Of a stretch of 32,000 bases of DNA, positions 8,029 through 17,062 are shown piece after piece. Below the pieces are notes generated by a model. It saw only the letters and a list, made by a program, of their open reading frames with translations. It was not told where the DNA came from and searched no databases. The DNA is from Enterobacteriaceae endosymbiont of Donacia provostii (GTDB lineage Bacteria > Pseudomonadota > Gammaproteobacteria > Enterobacterales > Enterobacteriaceae), in assembly GCF_012570145.1 (NCBI RefSeq), contig NZ_CP046206.1:212324-244323 (forward strand). The letters are read 5' to 3'. Position 1 is the first letter of the stretch. Every line of letters starts with the position of its first letter. A program made the position numbers and the translations under genes.

Positions 8029-10362
8029 TTAAAACGGTTTATTTTGTAAAGATAAAGATAATACTTCTTCAATATTTTTGACAGTTAAAATTTTTAAATC
8101 TGTTATAATATTTTTAGGTATATCTTCTAAATTTCTTTTATTTTGTTCAGGAATAAGTACAATATTAATTCCCCCTCTATGTGCTGCTAATAATTTTTCT
8201 TTTAATCCTCCAATACCTAATATTTGTCCTCTTAAAGTAATTTCTCCAGTCATAGCAACATTAGCTTTTACAGGATTACTAGTTAAACTAGAAACCAAGG
8301 CAGTACAAATAGAAATACCTGCACTAGGGCCATCTTTTGGAGTTGCACCTTCTAAAGCATGAACATGAATATCTATATTTTTATAAAATTCTTTATCAAT
8401 ATTTAATTTTTTAGTTCTTGCTTTTACTACAGTTAAAGCTGTTTGTATAGATTCTTGCATAACTTCACCTAATGATCCTGTATATGTTAATTTTCCTTTA
8501 CCAGGTATACATACAGTTTCAATAGTTAATAATTCTCCACCTACTTCTGTCCATGCTAACCCAGTTACCTGCCCAATTAAATTTTCATTTTCTGCTTTAC
8601 CATAATCAAATTTTTGTACACCTAAATAATTTTTTAAATTAAAATTATCTATTATAATAGATTTAATATTTTTTTCTATTAAGATAGTTTTTACTGTTTT
8701 TCTACATAATGTAGATAATTTTCTTTCTAAACCTCGTACACCTGATTCTCTAGTATAATATCTAATTATATCGATAATTGTTTTATCATTAATAACTAAT
8801 TCTTTTTCTTTTAAAGCATTACGCTTTATTTGTTTAGGTAATAAATATTTTTTTGCTATACGTAATTTTTCATCTTCTGTATAACCAGAAATTTTAATAA
8901 CTTCCATTCTATCTAATAGAGGTAATGGTATATTTACTAGAGAATTTGAGGTTGCAACAAACATTACACTAGATAAATCATAATCTATTTCAAGATAATG
9001 ATCATTAAATGCAATATTTTGTTCTGGATCTAAAACTTCTAATAATGCTGATGCAGGATCACCTCTCATGTCATATGATATTTTATCTATTTCATCTAAT
9101 AATAATAATGGATTTTTTACACCTGTTTTAACAATTTTTTGTATTATTTTACCTGGCATAGAACCAATATATGTTCTACGATGACCTCTAATTTCACCTT
9201 CATCTCTTATACCTCCTAATGCTATTTTAATAAATTTTCTACCTGTAGCTCTAGCTATAGATTTTCCTAATGAAGTCTTTCCTACTCCTGGGGGTCCAAC
9301 TAAACATAAAATAGGTCCTCTAATTTTATTAGATCTATTTTGGACAGCTAAATATCCTAAAATATGTTCTTTAACAGATTCTAAACCATAATGATCTTGA
9401 TCTAATATTTTTTTTGCTTTACATAAATCTTTTTTTAATCTACTTTTTATATTCCATGGTATTTGTATCATCCATTCTATATATCCTCTAACTACTGTTG
9501 CTTCAGCTGATATAGGAGACATCATTTTTAATTTTCTTAATTCAAAAAATATTTTTTCTTTTATCTCTTTTGGTATTCTTGCTAATTCTATTTTTTTTTT
9601 TAAAATTTCATTTTCATCAAGGTTATTATCAATTTCTCCTAATTCTTTTTGAATAGCTTTCATTTGTTCATTTAAATAATATTCCCTTTGACTTTTTTCC
9701 ATTTGTTTTTTTACTCTATTACGAATTTTTTTTTCTACTTGTAATAAATCAATTTCAGATTCCATTATAGCCATTAGATATTCTAATCTTTTATTAACAT
9801 CAGACATTTCTAATATTAATTGTTTATTAGGTAATTTTAAAGGCATATGAGCAGCAATAGTATCAGCTAATTTAGCAGCATCTTCAATATTATTTAAAGA
9901 ACTTAAAACTTCTGGAGGAATTTTTTTATTTAATTTTATATATCCTTCAAATTGATTGATTGCTGTTCTAACTAATACTTCTTGTTCTTTTATATCTAAA
10001 ATTGGAGATGATAAGTATTTTACTTGTGCTGTAAAATAATTACCATCATCCGATAATGTTATTATTTTTACTCTATTTAATCCTTCTACTAAAATTTTGA
10101 CAGTACCATCTGGTAATTTTAACATTTGTAAAATAGATGTCATTGTACCTACATTAAATAAATCATTAATATTAGGATCATCATTAGATGCTTCTTTTTG
10201 TGCAACTAACATAATTTTTTTATCATTATTCATAGCTGCTTCTAAACAACGAATAGATTTTTCTCTTCCAATAAATAAAGGTATTACCATATGAGGATAT
10301 ACAACTACATCACGTAATGGTAAAACTGGAATTATGATATGTTCTGAATTCTTAGAATTCAT
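8029..10362 (-). CDS. lon: ATP-dependent Lon protease
   Basis: Very high similarity to E. coli Lon from the first residues (IPVLPLRDVVVYPHMVIPLF). Walker A GPPGVGKTS, Walker B LLLLDEIDK, catalytic Ser in PKDGPSAG and Lys in GGLKEKLLAAHRGG. Confidence 0.98.
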   Translation of the reverse strand: MNSKNSEHIIIPVLPLRDVVVYPHMVIPLFIGREKSIRCLEAAMNNDKKIMLVAQKEASNDDPNINDLFNVGTMTSILQMLKLPDGTVKILVEGLNRVKIITLSDDGNYFTAQVKYLSSPILDIKEQEVLVRTAINQFEGYIKLNKKIPPEVLSSLNNIEDAAKLADTIAAHMPLKLPNKQLILEMSDVNKRLEYLMAIMESEIDLLQVEKKIRNRVKKQMEKSQREYYLNEQMKAIQKELGEIDNNLDENEILKKKIELARIPKEIKEKIFFELRKLKMMSPISAEATVVRGYIEWMIQIPWNIKSRLKKDLCKAKKILDQDHYGLESVKEHILGYLAVQNRSNKIRGPILCLVGPPGVGKTSLGKSIARATGRKFIKIALGGIRDEGEIRGHRRTYIGSMPGKIIQKIVKTGVKNPLLLLDEIDKISYDMRGDPASALLEVLDPEQNIAFNDHYLEIDYDLSSVMFVATSNSLVNIPLPLLDRMEVIKISGYTEDEKLRIAKKYLLPKQIKRNALKEKELVINDKTIIDIIRYYTRESGVRGLERKLSTLCRKTVKTILIEKNIKSIIIDNFNLKNYLGVQKFDYGKAENENLIGQVTGLAWTEVGGELLTIETVCIPGKGKLTYTGSLGEVMQESIQTALTVVKARTKKLNIDKEFYKNIDIHVHALEGATPKDGPSAGISICTALVSSLTSNPVKANVAMTGEITLRGQILGIGGLKEKLLAAHRGGINIVLIPEQNKRNLEDIPKNIITDLKILTVKNIEEVLSLSLQNKPF

Positions 10363-10401
10363 AAATTTCTCTCTTTAATATTATAAAAAATTAAATAATT
10401 A

Positions 10402-11661
10402 TTAATTTTTGTTATATTCAATAATTGGATCAGATAAATTATTAATTACTTTTTCATTAATTTTAATTTTACAAATATTTTTTATTGAAGGTGCATTATA
10501 CATTATATTTAATAATGATTTTTCTAAAATAGATTTTAATCCTCTAGCTCCTGTATTTAATAATATTGCTTTTTTTGCAATTTCTTCTATAGCATTTGGA
10601 TTAAATTCTAATTTTATGTTTTCATATTTAAATAAATTTTGATATTGTTTAATAAGGGCATTTTTAGGTTTTAATAAAATTTCCATTAATTGTTTTTTAT
10701 TTAATTCTTTTAATGATACTATGACAGGTAAGCGTCCTATAAATTCAGGTATTAATCCGAATTTAATTAAATCTTCGGGAAGTACTTTTTTTAAAATATC
10801 ATTTTTATTTAAAAATTTATTTTTAATATTATTTGTTTTTGTATGAAATCCTATACTTTTACTAGCATAATTAAGTCTACTTGAAATAATTTTTTCTAAT
10901 CCATAAAAAGAACCAGCACAAATAAATAAAATATTTTTAGTATTTATTTGTATAAATTCTTGTTGAGGATGTTTACGTCCTCCTTTGGGAGGAATAGAAG
11001 ATATAGTACCTTCAATTAACTTTAATAAAGCTTGCTGTACACCTTCTCCAGAAACATCTCTAGTTATAGAGATATTTTCTGATTTACGTGCAATTTTATC
11101 AATTTCATCAATATATATTATTCCGCGTTGTGTTTTTTCTATATCATAATTAGCATTTTGTAATAATTTTTGAATAATATTTTCTACATCTTCTCCTACA
11201 TAACCAGCTTCTGTTAAAGTAGTAGCATCTGCTATGGCAAAGGGAACATTTAGAAAACGTGCTAATGTTTCTGCTAATAATGTTTTACCACTACCAGAAG
11301 GTCCTAATAGAAGAACATTACTTTTCTCTATTATATCATTATTTCCCATACAGAATTTTAATTTTTTATAATGATTATATACTGATACAGAAAGTATCTT
11401 TTTAGCTTGGGTTTGACTTATTATATATTGATTTAAATAATTAAAAATTTTATGTGGTGTTAAACATATTTTTGAATTATTAAAAATATGTTTAATTTTA
11501 TTTTTATCTTTTTTTTGTAAAATATTAAAACATAATATAATACATTTATCACAAATAAAAATAGAATCATTTACTGATATAAGTTGATTAACTTCATTTT
11601 GATATTTTTGACAAAAAGAACAACGTAAAATTGTATTATAATTCTCCTTATTATATGTCAT
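10402..11661 (-). CDS. clpX: ATP-dependent Clp protease ATP-binding subunit ClpX
   Basis: Zinc-finger cysteines CSFCQK...CDKC. Walker [12 protein letters not shown], pore loop GYVGEDV, Walker [10 protein letters not shown], and an IGF loop (SIGF). The start at 11661 is preferred over 11673 because GAGG (11668-11671, minus strand) lies 6 nt upstream of it. Confidence 0.95.
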   Translation of the reverse strand: MTYNKENYNTILRCSFCQKYQNEVNQLISVNDSIFICDKCIILCFNILQKKDKNKIKHIFNNSKICLTPHKIFNYLNQYIISQTQAKKILSVSVYNHYKKLKFCMGNNDIIEKSNVLLLGPSGSGKTLLAETLARFLNVPFAIADATTLTEAGYVGEDVENIIQKLLQNANYDIEKTQRGIIYIDEIDKIARKSENISITRDVSGEGVQQALLKLIEGTISSIPPKGGRKHPQQEFIQINTKNILFICAGSFYGLEKIISSRLNYASKSIGFHTKTNNIKNKFLNKNDILKKVLPEDLIKFGLIPEFIGRLPVIVSLKELNKKQLMEILLKPKNALIKQYQNLFKYENIKLEFNPNAIEEIAKKAILLNTGARGLKSILEKSLLNIMYNAPSIKNICKIKINEKVINNLSDPIIEYNKN

Positions 11662-11667
11662 TACAAA

Positions 11668-11671
11668 CCTC
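11668..11671 (-). promoter_or_regulatory. Shine-Dalgarno (GAGG) for clpX
   Basis: The minus strand reads ATGAGGTTTGTAATG. GAGG is 6 nt upstream of the second ATG, which aligns best with the E. coli ClpX N-terminus. Confidence 0.5.
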
Positions 11672-11726
11672 ATATTATATTCATAATAAATTTTATATTT
11701 ATATTTTTAAGATTTAAAAATCAATA

Positions 11727-12353
11727 TTATTTTTTATTACAAATAATATTGTCTATTAAACCATATTCTATTGCTTCTTGAGCTGATAAGAATTTATCTC
11801 TGTTTGTATCTTTTTCAATAATTTCAATAGATTTTCCTGTATGTAATGACATAAGTTTATTTATATAATTTTTAATTCTTAAAATTTCTTGAGTTTGAAT
11901 TTCAATATCAGTGACTTGTCCTTGATAATTACCCATAGGTTGATGTATCATCATTCTTGCATTAGGTAAGCAAAATCTTTTATTTTTTTTACCAGAAGAT
12001 AATAAAAAAGCAGCCATAGAACATGCTTGACCTATACATAATGTACTAATATCTGATTTAACAAATTGCATAGTGTCATATATGGACATACCAGATGTAA
12101 TAACACCTCCAGGACTATTTATATAAATAAAAATATCTTTATTTGAATTTTCTGAATCTAAAAATAATATTTGAGCAACTATTAAATTAGCCATATTATC
12201 TTCAATAGGTCCTGTAAGAAAAATAATACGTTCTTTTAATAATCTAGAAAAAATATCATATGATCTCTCTCCTTGAGAAGTATTTTCAATTACAATAGGA
12301 ATTGTATTAAAACAATTATTTTTAATTACTTTATTATTTTTTTTATATAACAT
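11727..12353 (-). CDS. clpP: ATP-dependent Clp protease proteolytic subunit
   Basis: Catalytic triad contexts GQACSMAA (Ser), MIHQP (His) and DTNRDKF (Asp). AAGGA Shine-Dalgarno about 6 nt upstream. Position upstream of clpX as in E. coli. Confidence 0.97.
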   Translation of the reverse strand: MLYKKNNKVIKNNCFNTIPIVIENTSQGERSYDIFSRLLKERIIFLTGPIEDNMANLIVAQILFLDSENSNKDIFIYINSPGGVITSGMSIYDTMQFVKSDISTLCIGQACSMAAFLLSSGKKNKRFCLPNARMMIHQPMGNYQGQVTDIEIQTQEILRIKNYINKLMSLHTGKSIEIIEKDTNRDKFLSAQEAIEYGLIDNIICNKK

Positions 12354-12386
12354 TATTATCCTTTAAATAAAAAAAATTTTATAATT

Positions 12387-12659
12387 TTACAAAATTTTAT
12401 TTTTTTTAATTTTTTTCCATTCACTTAATGTATAAGTATATAATGAAAGAGAATGAATTTTATTTATTTTATTTCCTATAATTTGATATATCAATTTATG
12501 ACGAGTAATTAATGATTTTTGAATAAAATAATCACTTACAACAGTAATTTCTAAGTAATTTATTATTTCATCTTTTTTAAGATGGTTATTATCATTAATT
12601 TTTAAATATATAGGTTTTAATTGAGATATTATTTTATTTTTGATATTTTTTATAATCAT
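12387..12659 (-). CDS. bolA: BolA-family transcriptional regulator / Fe-S-related protein
   Basis: Matches E. coli BolA blocks RHRMIY (here RHKLIY) and HALALHTYT..EW (here HSLSLYTYTLSEW). It lies upstream of the clpP-clpX-lon cluster as in E. coli. Confidence 0.8.
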   Translation of the reverse strand: MIIKNIKNKIISQLKPIYLKINDNNHLKKDEIINYLEITVVSDYFIQKSLITRHKLIYQIIGNKINKIHSLSLYTYTLSEWKKIKKNKIL

Positions 12660-12685
12660 GATTATATATCCAAGATTTGTAATTG

Positions 12686-12719
12686 AAAATATATTTTTTA
12701 TTAATAAAAAATATATTTT
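12686..12719. repeat. Perfect 34-bp palindrome (17+17 nt, no loop) in the suhB-bolA spacer
   Basis: AAAATATATTTTTTATT (12686-12702) is followed directly by its exact reverse complement AATAAAAAATATATTTT (12703-12719), then by more T residues. It lies between the suhB stop (12753) and the bolA start (12659). Confidence 0.7.
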
Positions 12720-12752
12720 TTTTTAAAAAGATTTATTTATTTATCACAAATC

Positions 12753-13529
12753 TTAATTTTTTAATATTATTAACTTTCTAATACTAGAATTAGTAGCTAA
12801 TATATTAGAAGAATTTTTATAATCATAATTTCCTATAAAATCAGTTATTAAACCTCCTGCTTCTTTTACTATTAATTCTCCAGAAAGTAAATAATAAAAA
12901 TTTTTTAAATCATTATTTATATAACAATCAATTTTATTGGCAGCTAAATATGCTAAATCTAATGATATACAACCACTAATTCTTATTGAAATTAAATTAT
13001 TTTTATATAAAAATTTTAAATTTAAATTTTGTTTTTTAGAAAAAAAAAAATTATTATTTAAAGAAAATAATAAATTTTTTTGTTTTATATAATTATGACA
13101 ACGTAATTTATATCCATTTAATTGAGCATTTTGACCTCTAATAGCTGTAAATAAATCATTTTTTAATGGATCATATATTAAAGAAATCATTGTTTTTTCT
13201 TTTGTGCAAATAGCAATAGATATTGAAAAATGAGGTATTTTTTTAAAAAAATTCATAATTCCATCTAAAGGATTTATAATCCATATAGTTTTTTTATAAT
13301 TAAAAATTAAAAAATTTTTTTTATGTGTAATAATAATATTATATGCATATATATTATAAAATATTTTAGTAATCATATTATTTAAATTTTTATTAATTTT
13401 TTTTATAAAAATATTAGCATCATAATTATTATGACAATATGAATTAATATTATTAATTTCATATTGTTTAATAATTGTGTTACCAACATTACGTATTATG
13501 CGTATTGCAATATTAAGCATTGGTTGCAT
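12753..13529 (-). CDS. suhB: SuhB / inositol monophosphatase-family protein with a degenerate catalytic site
   Basis: The N-terminus MQPMLNIAIRIIRNVGNTIIKQYE matches E. coli MHPMLNIAVRAARKAGNLIAKNYE. Conserved blocks include HFSISIAI, YDPLKNDLFTAIRGQNAQLNGYKLR, SLDLAYLAA and GELIVKEAGG. Confidence 0.88.
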   Translation of the reverse strand: MQPMLNIAIRIIRNVGNTIIKQYEINNINSYCHNNYDANIFIKKINKNLNNMITKIFYNIYAYNIIITHKKNFLIFNYKKTIWIINPLDGIMNFFKKIPHFSISIAICTKEKTMISLIYDPLKNDLFTAIRGQNAQLNGYKLRCHNYIKQKNLLFSLNNNFFFSKKQNLNLKFLYKNNLISIRISGCISLDLAYLAANKIDCYINNDLKNFYYLLSGELIVKEAGGLITDFIGNYDYKNSSNILATNSSIRKLIILKN

Positions 13530-13707
13530 ATATTATTTCTCATATAAATTATGAATTAAATAATTAAATAATAGATTTTTATTTATTTTATAATAAAAAA
13601 TAAATATTTTAAATATTTTTTTATAAAAGATATATTATAAAAATATTGTTTTTTTTTCAAAAACATCTATTATCTAAATAGAAATTTATTAAAAATATTA
13701 AATTACT

Positions 13708-14271
13708 ATGTTACAAATTACAAAACCAGCTCAAGAATATTTTTTAGAATTATTATCTAAAAGAGAGAAAAATACATTTATTAAAATTTTAGTTTTTTTT
13801 AAAAAAAATATATTAAAAGGTAAAATGATTTTTTGTAATATTAAAACAATAAAACATAATGATATAAAATTAAATTTTAATAAATTAAAAATATTTATAG
13901 AAAAAAATAGTTTAAAATTTTTAGAAAATGTTAAAATAGATATTATATCTAATAATTTATCTAAAAAAGTAAGTTTTACTGTTTTAAATAAAAATATAAA
14001 AAATATAAATAATTTAAAAAAAAATGTTAATATATTCTTAAAAAATGTAATTAATCCTAAATTATTTAATCATGGTGGTTCAATAACATTAAAAAATATT
14101 ACAACAAATAATATTCTACTTTTAGAATTTCATGGTGGTTGTCAAGGATGTATGATGAGTAAACAAACTTTACAAAATTGGATAGCAAAAGAAATATTAT
14201 ATAATTTTCCAGATATAAAAGATGTTTATGATATAACTCATCATAAAAAAAATAAATTTTCCTATTACTAA
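13708..14271 (+). CDS. nfuA: Fe/S biogenesis protein NfuA
   Basis: The C-terminal Nfu domain has INPKLFNHGGSITL and the CxxC motif GGCQGCMMS. The terminal FSYY matches E. coli NfuA HSYY. The N-terminus MLQITKPAQEYF is similar to MIRISDAAQAHF. Confidence 0.88.
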   Translation: MLQITKPAQEYFLELLSKREKNTFIKILVFFKKNILKGKMIFCNIKTIKHNDIKLNFNKLKIFIEKNSLKFLENVKIDIISNNLSKKVSFTVLNKNIKNINNLKKNVNIFLKNVINPKLFNHGGSITLKNITTNNILLLEFHGGCQGCMMSKQTLQNWIAKEILYNFPDIKDVYDITHHKKNKFSYY

Positions 14272-14372
14272 ATAAATATATAATTATTAATTTTAAATAT
14301 TATAAAATTTTTTAGTAGTATATATTTACTATTTTTTAAAAATTATTATTTATATTTAAAAAAGGAAATTAT

Positions 14373-15266
14373 ATGCCAGTTATAGTACCTCAAAAATTAC
14401 CAGCAATCAATATTTTAAAAAAAGAAAATATATCTTTATTAACTAGATTAAAACAACAAAAAAAATGTTCTAATCAACTTAAAATTCTTTTTTTAAACTT
14501 AATGTTTAAAAAAATTAATACAGAAAATCAAATAATCAGATTATTATCTAATTCTTCATTATTAATAAATCTATCATTATTAGCAGTAAATGATAATAAA
14601 TCATCAAATTATTTATCTATTAATCATATTAATAAATATTATTATCATTTAGATCAAATTAAAAATAAATATTATGATGGTTTAATTATTACAGGTGCAC
14701 CTTTAGGATTAATTAATTTTACGGATATTAGATATTGGAAAGAATTTATAAAAATTATACATTGGTCTAATGACCATGTTAGTTCTATTTTATCTATATG
14801 TTGGTCTGTTCAAGCAATATTAAATATATTATATAAAATTCCTAAAAAAGTTAATAAATCTAAATTATTTGGTATATTTAAACATAAAATTTTATTAAAA
14901 AATAATTATTTAATTCAAGGATTTGATGATTATTTTTTTGTTCCTCATTCTAGATATTCTGATTTTTCACTAGATTTTATTAAAAATTATACTGATTTAA
15001 ATATAATTGCTTATTCTAAAAAAGCAGGTGTTTATCTTTTTACTAGTAAAAAAAATAAATATGTATTTATTACTGGCCATCCAGAATATGATGTTTTAAC
15101 AATAAATGAAGAATATTTAAATGATTTAAAAAGTAAACGCAAATACACCAGTTTACCATATAATTATTATCCTTTAAATAATCCAAAATTAAAACCTAAA
15201 ATTAATTGGAGAAGTCATGGCAACTTATTATTTTTAAACTGGTTAAATTCTTTATTTTGTAAATAA
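14373..15266 (+). CDS. metA: Homoserine O-succinyltransferase
   Basis: Collinear with E. coli MetA (MPIRVPDELPAVN, here MPVIVPQKLPAIN). Catalytic Cys context SICWSVQA. GHPEYD His/Glu motif. WRSHGNLLFLNWLN. AAGGA Shine-Dalgarno 7 nt upstream. Confidence 0.93.
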   Translation: MPVIVPQKLPAINILKKENISLLTRLKQQKKCSNQLKILFLNLMFKKINTENQIIRLLSNSSLLINLSLLAVNDNKSSNYLSINHINKYYYHLDQIKNKYYDGLIITGAPLGLINFTDIRYWKEFIKIIHWSNDHVSSILSICWSVQAILNILYKIPKKVNKSKLFGIFKHKILLKNNYLIQGFDDYFFVPHSRYSDFSLDFIKNYTDLNIIAYSKKAGVYLFTSKKNKYVFITGHPEYDVLTINEEYLNDLKSKRKYTSLPYNYYPLNNPKLKPKINWRSHGNLLFLNWLNSLFCK

Positions 15267-15299
15267 AAATATATTTATATTAAAAAACTTTAAATATTA

Positions 15300-15305
15300 A
15301 AGGAG
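15300..15305 (+). promoter_or_regulatory. Shine-Dalgarno (AAGGAG) for proS
   Basis: AAGGAG lies 5 nt upstream of the proS ATG at 15311. Confidence 0.65.
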
Positions 15306-15310
15306 TAATA

Positions 15311-17062
15311 ATGTTAACAACAAAATATGTTTTTTTTACCTCTAAAAATAAAATAAATAAAAACTTTAATAGTTTTACTTTAATGAATAAATCAGGAATA
15401 ATTAGAAAATTATCTTCTGGAATATATATTTGGTTACCAAATGGATTAAAAATTATTAATAATTTAAAAAAAATTATACGTTATTTTATGAATAGTATTA
15501 ATGCTATTGAATTAATTTTACCAATTTTACATCCAGTTAATATTTGGGAACAAAGTGGTCGTATAAATGATTATGGTAAGGAATTATTAAAAATTATAGA
15601 TCGTAAAAAACATAATTTTATTTTAGGTCCAACACACGAAGAAGTTATAAACTATTTAATTAATAATGAAATTAAATCATATAGATCTTTACCATTACAT
15701 TTTTATCAAATACAAACTAAATTTAGAGATGAAATGAGATCTCGTTTAGGAGTAATACGTGCAAAAGAATTTTTAATGAAAGATAGTTATTCATTTCATA
15801 TAAGTAAAATTTCTTTACAAGAAACATATAATAATATGTTAGAAACTTACAAAAAAATATTTAATATTTTAAATATAAAATATGTAATAGTTAAGGCAGA
15901 TAATAATATTATTGGAGGTAATATTTCTCATGAATTTCATATTTTATCTAAAAATGGAGAAAATTCTATTGCAATATCTGAAGATAAAAAATATATTAAT
16001 AATATGGATTTAGGTAATTTTTTTATATTTCAAAGACATAATATTAATAAAAAAAAATTTTTAAAAAGAAAATTTTTAACTATAAAATATTATTTAAAAT
16101 TTAGAGAATTAGCTAAAAAAATTAATGTATCTATAAAAAGTATTATTAAAACTATTATTATTACAACATCAGATATAAAAAATCCTTTTATCGCGTTAAT
16201 TATTAGGGCTGATTATAAATTAAATTTTTATAAAATAAAAAAAATAAATAATAATGTAATTAAAATTTTATCTAATAGAGAAATAGAAAAAATTTTTAAA
16301 ATTAATCAAAATTTTCTAAATCCATTTTATTTAAAAATACCTATTATAGGAGATTATTCTATTATTAATATGTATAATTTTATTATAGGAACTAATATTA
16401 AAAATAAATATTCTATAAATACTAATTGGGATATTAATTTCCCTTTACCAAATAATATTCAAGATATTCGTTATGTAAATAATAATGATATAACTCCTGA
16501 TGGACAAAGTTTAATAAAAATTGAACGTAGTATAGAAATAGCTCATATTTTTCAAATAGGTACTAAATACTCAAAATCAATGAATAATTATATATATGAT
16601 AAAAAAAAAATGAAAAAATTATTATATATGGGTTGTTACGGTATTGGTATATCAAGATTAGTTGCAGCAATAATAGAAAAAAATTTTGATTCTCAAGGTA
16701 TTCTTTGGCCTAATGAATTTTTAGCACCTTTTTTAGTAGCTATTATTCCAATTAATATGTACAAATTTAATTTAGTAAAAAAAAATGCATTTTTATTATA
16801 TAAAAAATTTAAATTATTAGGTATAAAAGTTATAATTGATGATAGAAAAGAAAATCCGGGGACAATGTTTGCTGATATGGATCTTATTGGAGTTCCTCAT
16901 ATTATTACAATTAATAATTCTAATATTATAAATAATAATATTGAATATAAATATAGAAAAACAGGATTTACTAAAATTTTATCTATTAATCTAATTATAG
17001 ATTTTATTTTTAATAAAATAAAATTAAATAAATGTTTTAATATTTTTTTTGAAAATCAATAA
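15311..17062 (+). CDS. proS: Prolyl-tRNA synthetase (bacterial type with insertion/editing domain)
   Basis: Blocks IRKLSSGIYIWLPNG, LGPTHEEVI, FYQIQTKFRDEMRSRLGVIRAKEFLMKDSYSF, GCYGIGISRLVAA and MFADMDLIGVPH match E. coli ProS. Confidence 0.95.
   Translation: MLTTKYVFFTSKNKINKNFNSFTLMNKSGIIRKLSSGIYIWLPNGLKIINNLKKIIRYFMNSINAIELILPILHPVNIWEQSGRINDYGKELLKIIDRKKHNFILGPTHEEVINYLINNEIKSYRSLPLHFYQIQTKFRDEMRSRLGVIRAKEFLMKDSYSFHISKISLQETYNNMLETYKKIFNILNIKYVIVKADNNIIGGNISHEFHILSKNGENSIAISEDKKYINNMDLGNFFIFQRHNINKKKFLKRKFLTIKYYLKFRELAKKINVSIKSIIKTIIITTSDIKNPFIALIIRADYKLNFYKIKKINNNVIKILSNREIEKIFKINQNFLNPFYLKIPIIGDYSIINMYNFIIGTNIKNKYSINTNWDINFPLPNNIQDIRYVNNNDITPDGQSLIKIERSIEIAHIFQIGTKYSKSMNNYIYDKKKMKKLLYMGCYGIGISRLVAAIIEKNFDSQGILWPNEFLAPFLVAIIPINMYKFNLVKKNAFLLYKKFKLLGIKVIIDDRKENPGTMFADMDLIGVPHIITINNSNIINNNIEYKYRKTGFTKILSINLIIDFIFNKIKLNKCFNIFFENQ

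Noticed and set aside
7998-8072. N-terminal extension of the dapE ORF that overlaps the lon 3' end. There is a similar extension of rpsB at 30322-30381.
   Set aside because: The extensions have no counterpart in the E. coli proteins. Internal ATGs (7997 for dapE, 30321 for rpsB) align with the known N-termini, and the rpsB one has a Shine-Dalgarno sequence. The longer ORFs arise only because no upstream stop codon happens to occur.
13530-13707. 178-nt divergent spacer between suhB and nfuA, scanned for tRNA, sRNA or structured elements.
   Set aside because: I found only short A/T self-complementary words (AAATATTT repeats) and a weak 7-bp stem at 13657-13675. There is no G/C-containing cloverleaf-like structure, so nothing rises above the compositional background.
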